A stretch of DNA of 19,598 nt from a virus (Duplodnaviria; Heunggongvirae; Uroviricota; Caudoviricetes), in the IMG/VR virus record IMGVR_UViG_2526164634_000022, one strand, 5' to 3'. Numbering within the stretch: the first letter of the stretch is position 1; each line of letters begins with the position of its first letter. Below are positions 17,261 to 19,598 of this stretch, in pieces. A program made the position numbers and the translations under genes. Below the pieces are notes generated by a model, which was not told the origin of the DNA, made no database searches, and was given only the letters and a program-made list of their open reading frames with translations.

Positions 17261-17393
17261 ATGGCGTATGCTGCTGGCAATATGAAGACCGATAGTATTA
17301 ACCGAAAAGCGATTAAGGAGTGCCAACTTTTCAGTAGAGAAACTAGCCAGCATAGGAAAATGTAGAAATTACCCAATTAATAGGTAAAAGTTA

Positions 17394-17523
17394 TTGACAC
17401 AGCCTGTAGTGGATAACGATATGAATAAAAACCACATATAGTGGTTTTTCGTGAGTGATGATAGTATCTATGTTAGTTTCCTAAGTAACTGTGCATTGAC
17501 ATGTGGATAACTTCGGATAGAGT
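17394..17523 (+). promoter_or_regulatory. Two candidate sigma70 promoters for the Abi gene, each with a DnaA-box-like site next to the -35 (TTGACA 17394-17399 + AGTGGATAA 17408-17416; TTGACA 17496-17501 + TGTGGATAA 17502-17510, -10 TAGAGT 17518-17523)
   Basis: Two perfect TTGACA hexamers; TGTGGATAA is the reverse complement of the DnaA box TTATCCACA. -10 elements are weak. Confidence 0.3.
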
Positions 17524-17619
17524 TACAGGCAACCGAGCCCGATCCTCTGTTTCTCCGCCGCCGATTTCAGGCATGTGAGTTTCACGGTCGGGCCTTTTAT
17601 TATCTTTTGTTTCGCCACT

Positions 17620-18597
17620 ATGATTGCCGCAAAGCCTCATAAGGACTATCACGAATTGCTAGGATTGCTACTTGAACGTGGCATGATTATCAATGATCGA
17701 AATCGTGCGATACGTAAGCTGTCGCAGGTTGGATATTATCGATTGTCAGGTTTTTGGTACCCATCAAGAATTATTGCGACAACAGATAAAGGTCTTTCGT
17801 ACAGAACAGACCGATTTCTTGCTGGTACCAGTTTCGAGAAGACGTACGATCTATATCTTTTTGACAAAAAACTGCGTCTTTTGATGATTGATGCTATCGA
17901 AAGAATAGAGATTCATGTTCGTTCAGTCATCGCGCATGAGGTTGGTCGCAATGATCCACTTGCCTACATGTCATCAAAATACATTAATCCAAAATTCTCA
18001 TCTGCCTTCGAGCATTGGGTGTATAAGCAAAAAGTAAAATTAGACGAAAGCAGAGATGACTGTATTGAATGGCATCGAAGCCAAGGCAAGGAGATTCCAT
18101 TTTGGGTGGCGGTGGAGACCTGGGATTTTGGTCAGATGTCTAAATATTATGCGATGCTTAATGGTCATATGCAGGGGAAAATTATACGTCGTTTTGGCAT
18201 TGATAATAAGCAGACATTTGCAAAATGGTTGAAGTGCCTTAATCTCATAAGGAATCGTTGCGCTCACCATTCCAGAATATGGAATAGAAAGCATCCCCGA
18301 GTTCCAGTACCGGATAATGAATACTTTGACGGACTTAATCTCCATCCAGAGAGTTGCGAGAGGATTTTTAGCGCGATCTGTATTATCTGGTACTTAGTTA
18401 AACGACTTGGTCCGGGATCAACATGGCTTCGGCAAATTGCAGACCTTATTGACTCTAAACCAAATGTTCCCGGATGTGGATATGATTCAATGGGTTTACC
18501 TGCTAAAGGATTCCCACGAGAGAGATTCTCTCAGGACTTAGGTTTTGTTATCGCCGACAACGACCCTGTAGCTGAAGGGCGGAAAGGGAGCGATTGA
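17620..18597 (+). CDS. Abi_2 family abortive-infection protein (AbiD/AbiF-like)
   Basis: Motifs YYRLSGFWYP, ERIEIHVRSVIAHEVG and NLIRNRCAHHSRIWN, characteristic of the AbiD/AbiF (Abi_2) family. Start set at the first in-frame ATG (17620); the track ORF extends to a GTG at 17575. About 40% GC. Confidence 0.8.
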   Translation: MIAAKPHKDYHELLGLLLERGMIINDRNRAIRKLSQVGYYRLSGFWYPSRIIATTDKGLSYRTDRFLAGTSFEKTYDLYLFDKKLRLLMIDAIERIEIHVRSVIAHEVGRNDPLAYMSSKYINPKFSSAFEHWVYKQKVKLDESRDDCIEWHRSQGKEIPFWVAVETWDFGQMSKYYAMLNGHMQGKIIRRFGIDNKQTFAKWLKCLNLIRNRCAHHSRIWNRKHPRVPVPDNEYFDGLNLHPESCERIFSAICIIWYLVKRLGPGSTWLRQIADLIDSKPNVPGCGYDSMGLPAKGFPRERFSQDLGFVIADNDPVAEGRKGSD

Positions 18598-18626
18598 GCG
18601 ATAAATATCATTTATACACTGATCAA

Positions 18627-19067
18627 TTACTGAAGCAGCGTATTGATTCTTTTAATATTGTTACCCTGACGCTTCCACGCGCTGTAAATGTCTTTATCCC
18701 ACGCTTTACCAGCTTTTGTTTGGTAGCCTGCTTCATTGAGTCGTTCCGCTATCACACGCCCATTATCAAATCCCTGTCGGATGGTATCGGCAATGATCTT
18801 TATAACTGCTGTTTCGTTATATGGCTTTGGTGGGATGTTCGGCTTTCCGGCAATAAGCGATGCTGCGGCTTTTTCCATGCGCTCCACCAGCCCAAGCATT
18901 CGTGAATCAATAGACTTTTCCGGCTGTCCCAGCTTCATGCGAATCGCATCAACAAGCCAGGAGGTTTTATCCCCTCCAGAAGCGAGAACAGACCGATTAA
19001 ACTCATCCTGCAATTCAGATGGGATGCGGAACGCGATCAGATTAGATTTGCTCATTGCAAAGACCAT
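18627..19067 (-). CDS. Arc/MetJ-type ribbon-helix-helix DNA-binding protein with a C-terminal recombinase-like DNA-binding segment
   Basis: 146 aa (start 19067 or 19055). N-terminus NLIAFRIPSELQDEFNRSVLASGGDKTSWLVDAIRMKL fits a beta-strand/helix/helix RHH fold; C-terminal GRVIAERLNEAGYQTKAGKAWDKDIYSAWKRQ resembles the recombinase domain of serine recombinases; palindrome GTATAACA-C-TGTTATAC (19090-19106) just upstream. Confidence 0.65.
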   Translation of the reverse strand: MVFAMSKSNLIAFRIPSELQDEFNRSVLASGGDKTSWLVDAIRMKLGQPEKSIDSRMLGLVERMEKAAASLIAGKPNIPPKPYNETAVIKIIADTIRQGFDNGRVIAERLNEAGYQTKAGKAWDKDIYSAWKRQGNNIKRINTLLQ

Positions 19068-19159
19068 ATCAGTGAGTAATATCCATACAGTATAACACTG
19101 TTATACGCTCAAATATCAGCCAGAAAATAACGAACCAATCACAAATCTATCGCTGTGTT

Positions 19160-19280
19160 GTTGGTTCAGAGCTGGGCTGTGTTGGTTCAAAATGAGTTGA
19201 TGTTGGTTCAATATTTTAGAAAAAACACAATAAAAACAACGCTCTTTACAAATTGAACCAACTGAACCAACTGAACCAAC
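19160..19280. repeat. Second iteron cluster, an inverted and diverged copy of the 10713-10832 origin: GTTGGTTCA at 19160, 19181, 19202 (21-bp phasing), AT-rich spacer, then TGAACCAAC x3 tandem (19254-19280)
   Basis: Same 9-bp unit as the first cluster; flanks also match (CTCTTTACAAATTGAACCAAC...ACCTTTT in cluster 2 equals the reverse complement of the cluster 1 flank; TGTGTTGGTTCAAAAT shared). Confidence 0.8.
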
Positions 19281-19316
19281 ACCTTTTTGCTTATCTATAT
19301 AATCTGAGAGGCAGAA

Positions 19317-19598
19317 ATGATAAAGGACAGGAAAGCTGAAGAGCTGGAGTCAAAAGGGCTATACCGGAGAGCTGCCGCACGATGGATGGAAGTCATGCTG
19401 TTATGCACCGAGGACGATGATCGGGAATGGATAAAGCGCCGCCGTGAAACGTGTCTGGAGAACGTGAAGCGCCCGCCCGTGAAGGTTGAGGACTTTGGCG
19501 ACCTGCATAAAGCTGTTACCGAAACGCAACACCGCATGGGGATAGCGCAACCGAACGGTAACGCCTTCCGGTTAAATGGCGGCAAGAGGCAAAGGTAG
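19317..19598 (+). CDS. PerC-family transcriptional activator-like protein
   Basis: 93-aa ORF ending with a stop at 19596-19598; N-terminus MIKDRKAEELESKGLYRRAAARWMEVM matches the PerC/Pch family signature; starts 37 bp after the iteron cluster. Confidence 0.75.
   Translation: MIKDRKAEELESKGLYRRAAARWMEVMLLCTEDDDREWIKRRRETCLENVKRPPVKVEDFGDLHKAVTETQHRMGIAQPNGNAFRLNGGKRQR

Noticed and set aside
17575-17619. GTG-initiated N-terminal extension of the Abi ORF
   Set aside because: It overlaps a predicted leader stem and T-rich tract, and the Abi_2-like sequence begins after the first ATG at 17620; kept only as an alternative start.
18736-19095. 119-aa plus-strand ORF antisense to the RHH gene (and 18594-18905 ORF)
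   Set aside because: The opposite-strand ORF has a recognisable RHH fold pattern; the plus-strand ORFs have no RBS and low-complexity translations.

Overview
Enterobacterial (E. coli/Shigella-type) chromosome segment: proA (1-1254) and tRNA-Thr thrW (1369-1444), followed 166 bp later by an integrated mobile island that runs to the end of the window (right boundary not seen). Island layout: P4-family tyrosine integrase, AlpA regulator, AntA-like antirepressor, a coding-like region of unclear structure (4901-5560), a translationally coupled operon of small genes, and a 919-aa P4-alpha-like primase (7928-10687) followed immediately by a 9-bp iteron origin (GTTGGTTCA). Downstream cargo: a coupled operon of three Q/A/G-rich proteins whose order and sizes resemble the P22-family ejection proteins gp7-gp20-gp16 (the third split by a frameshift in a T6 run), a convergent AT-rich membrane-protein gene, a repeat-rich noncoding region, an Abi_2 (AbiD/AbiF-like) abortive-infection gene, a ribbon-helix-helix protein, a second inverted copy of the iteron origin, and a PerC-family regulator. 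All functional calls rest on motif recognition by eye; no searches were run. The most interesting candidates are the Abi gene with its unusual leader and the ejection-protein-like module with its adjacent membrane protein.
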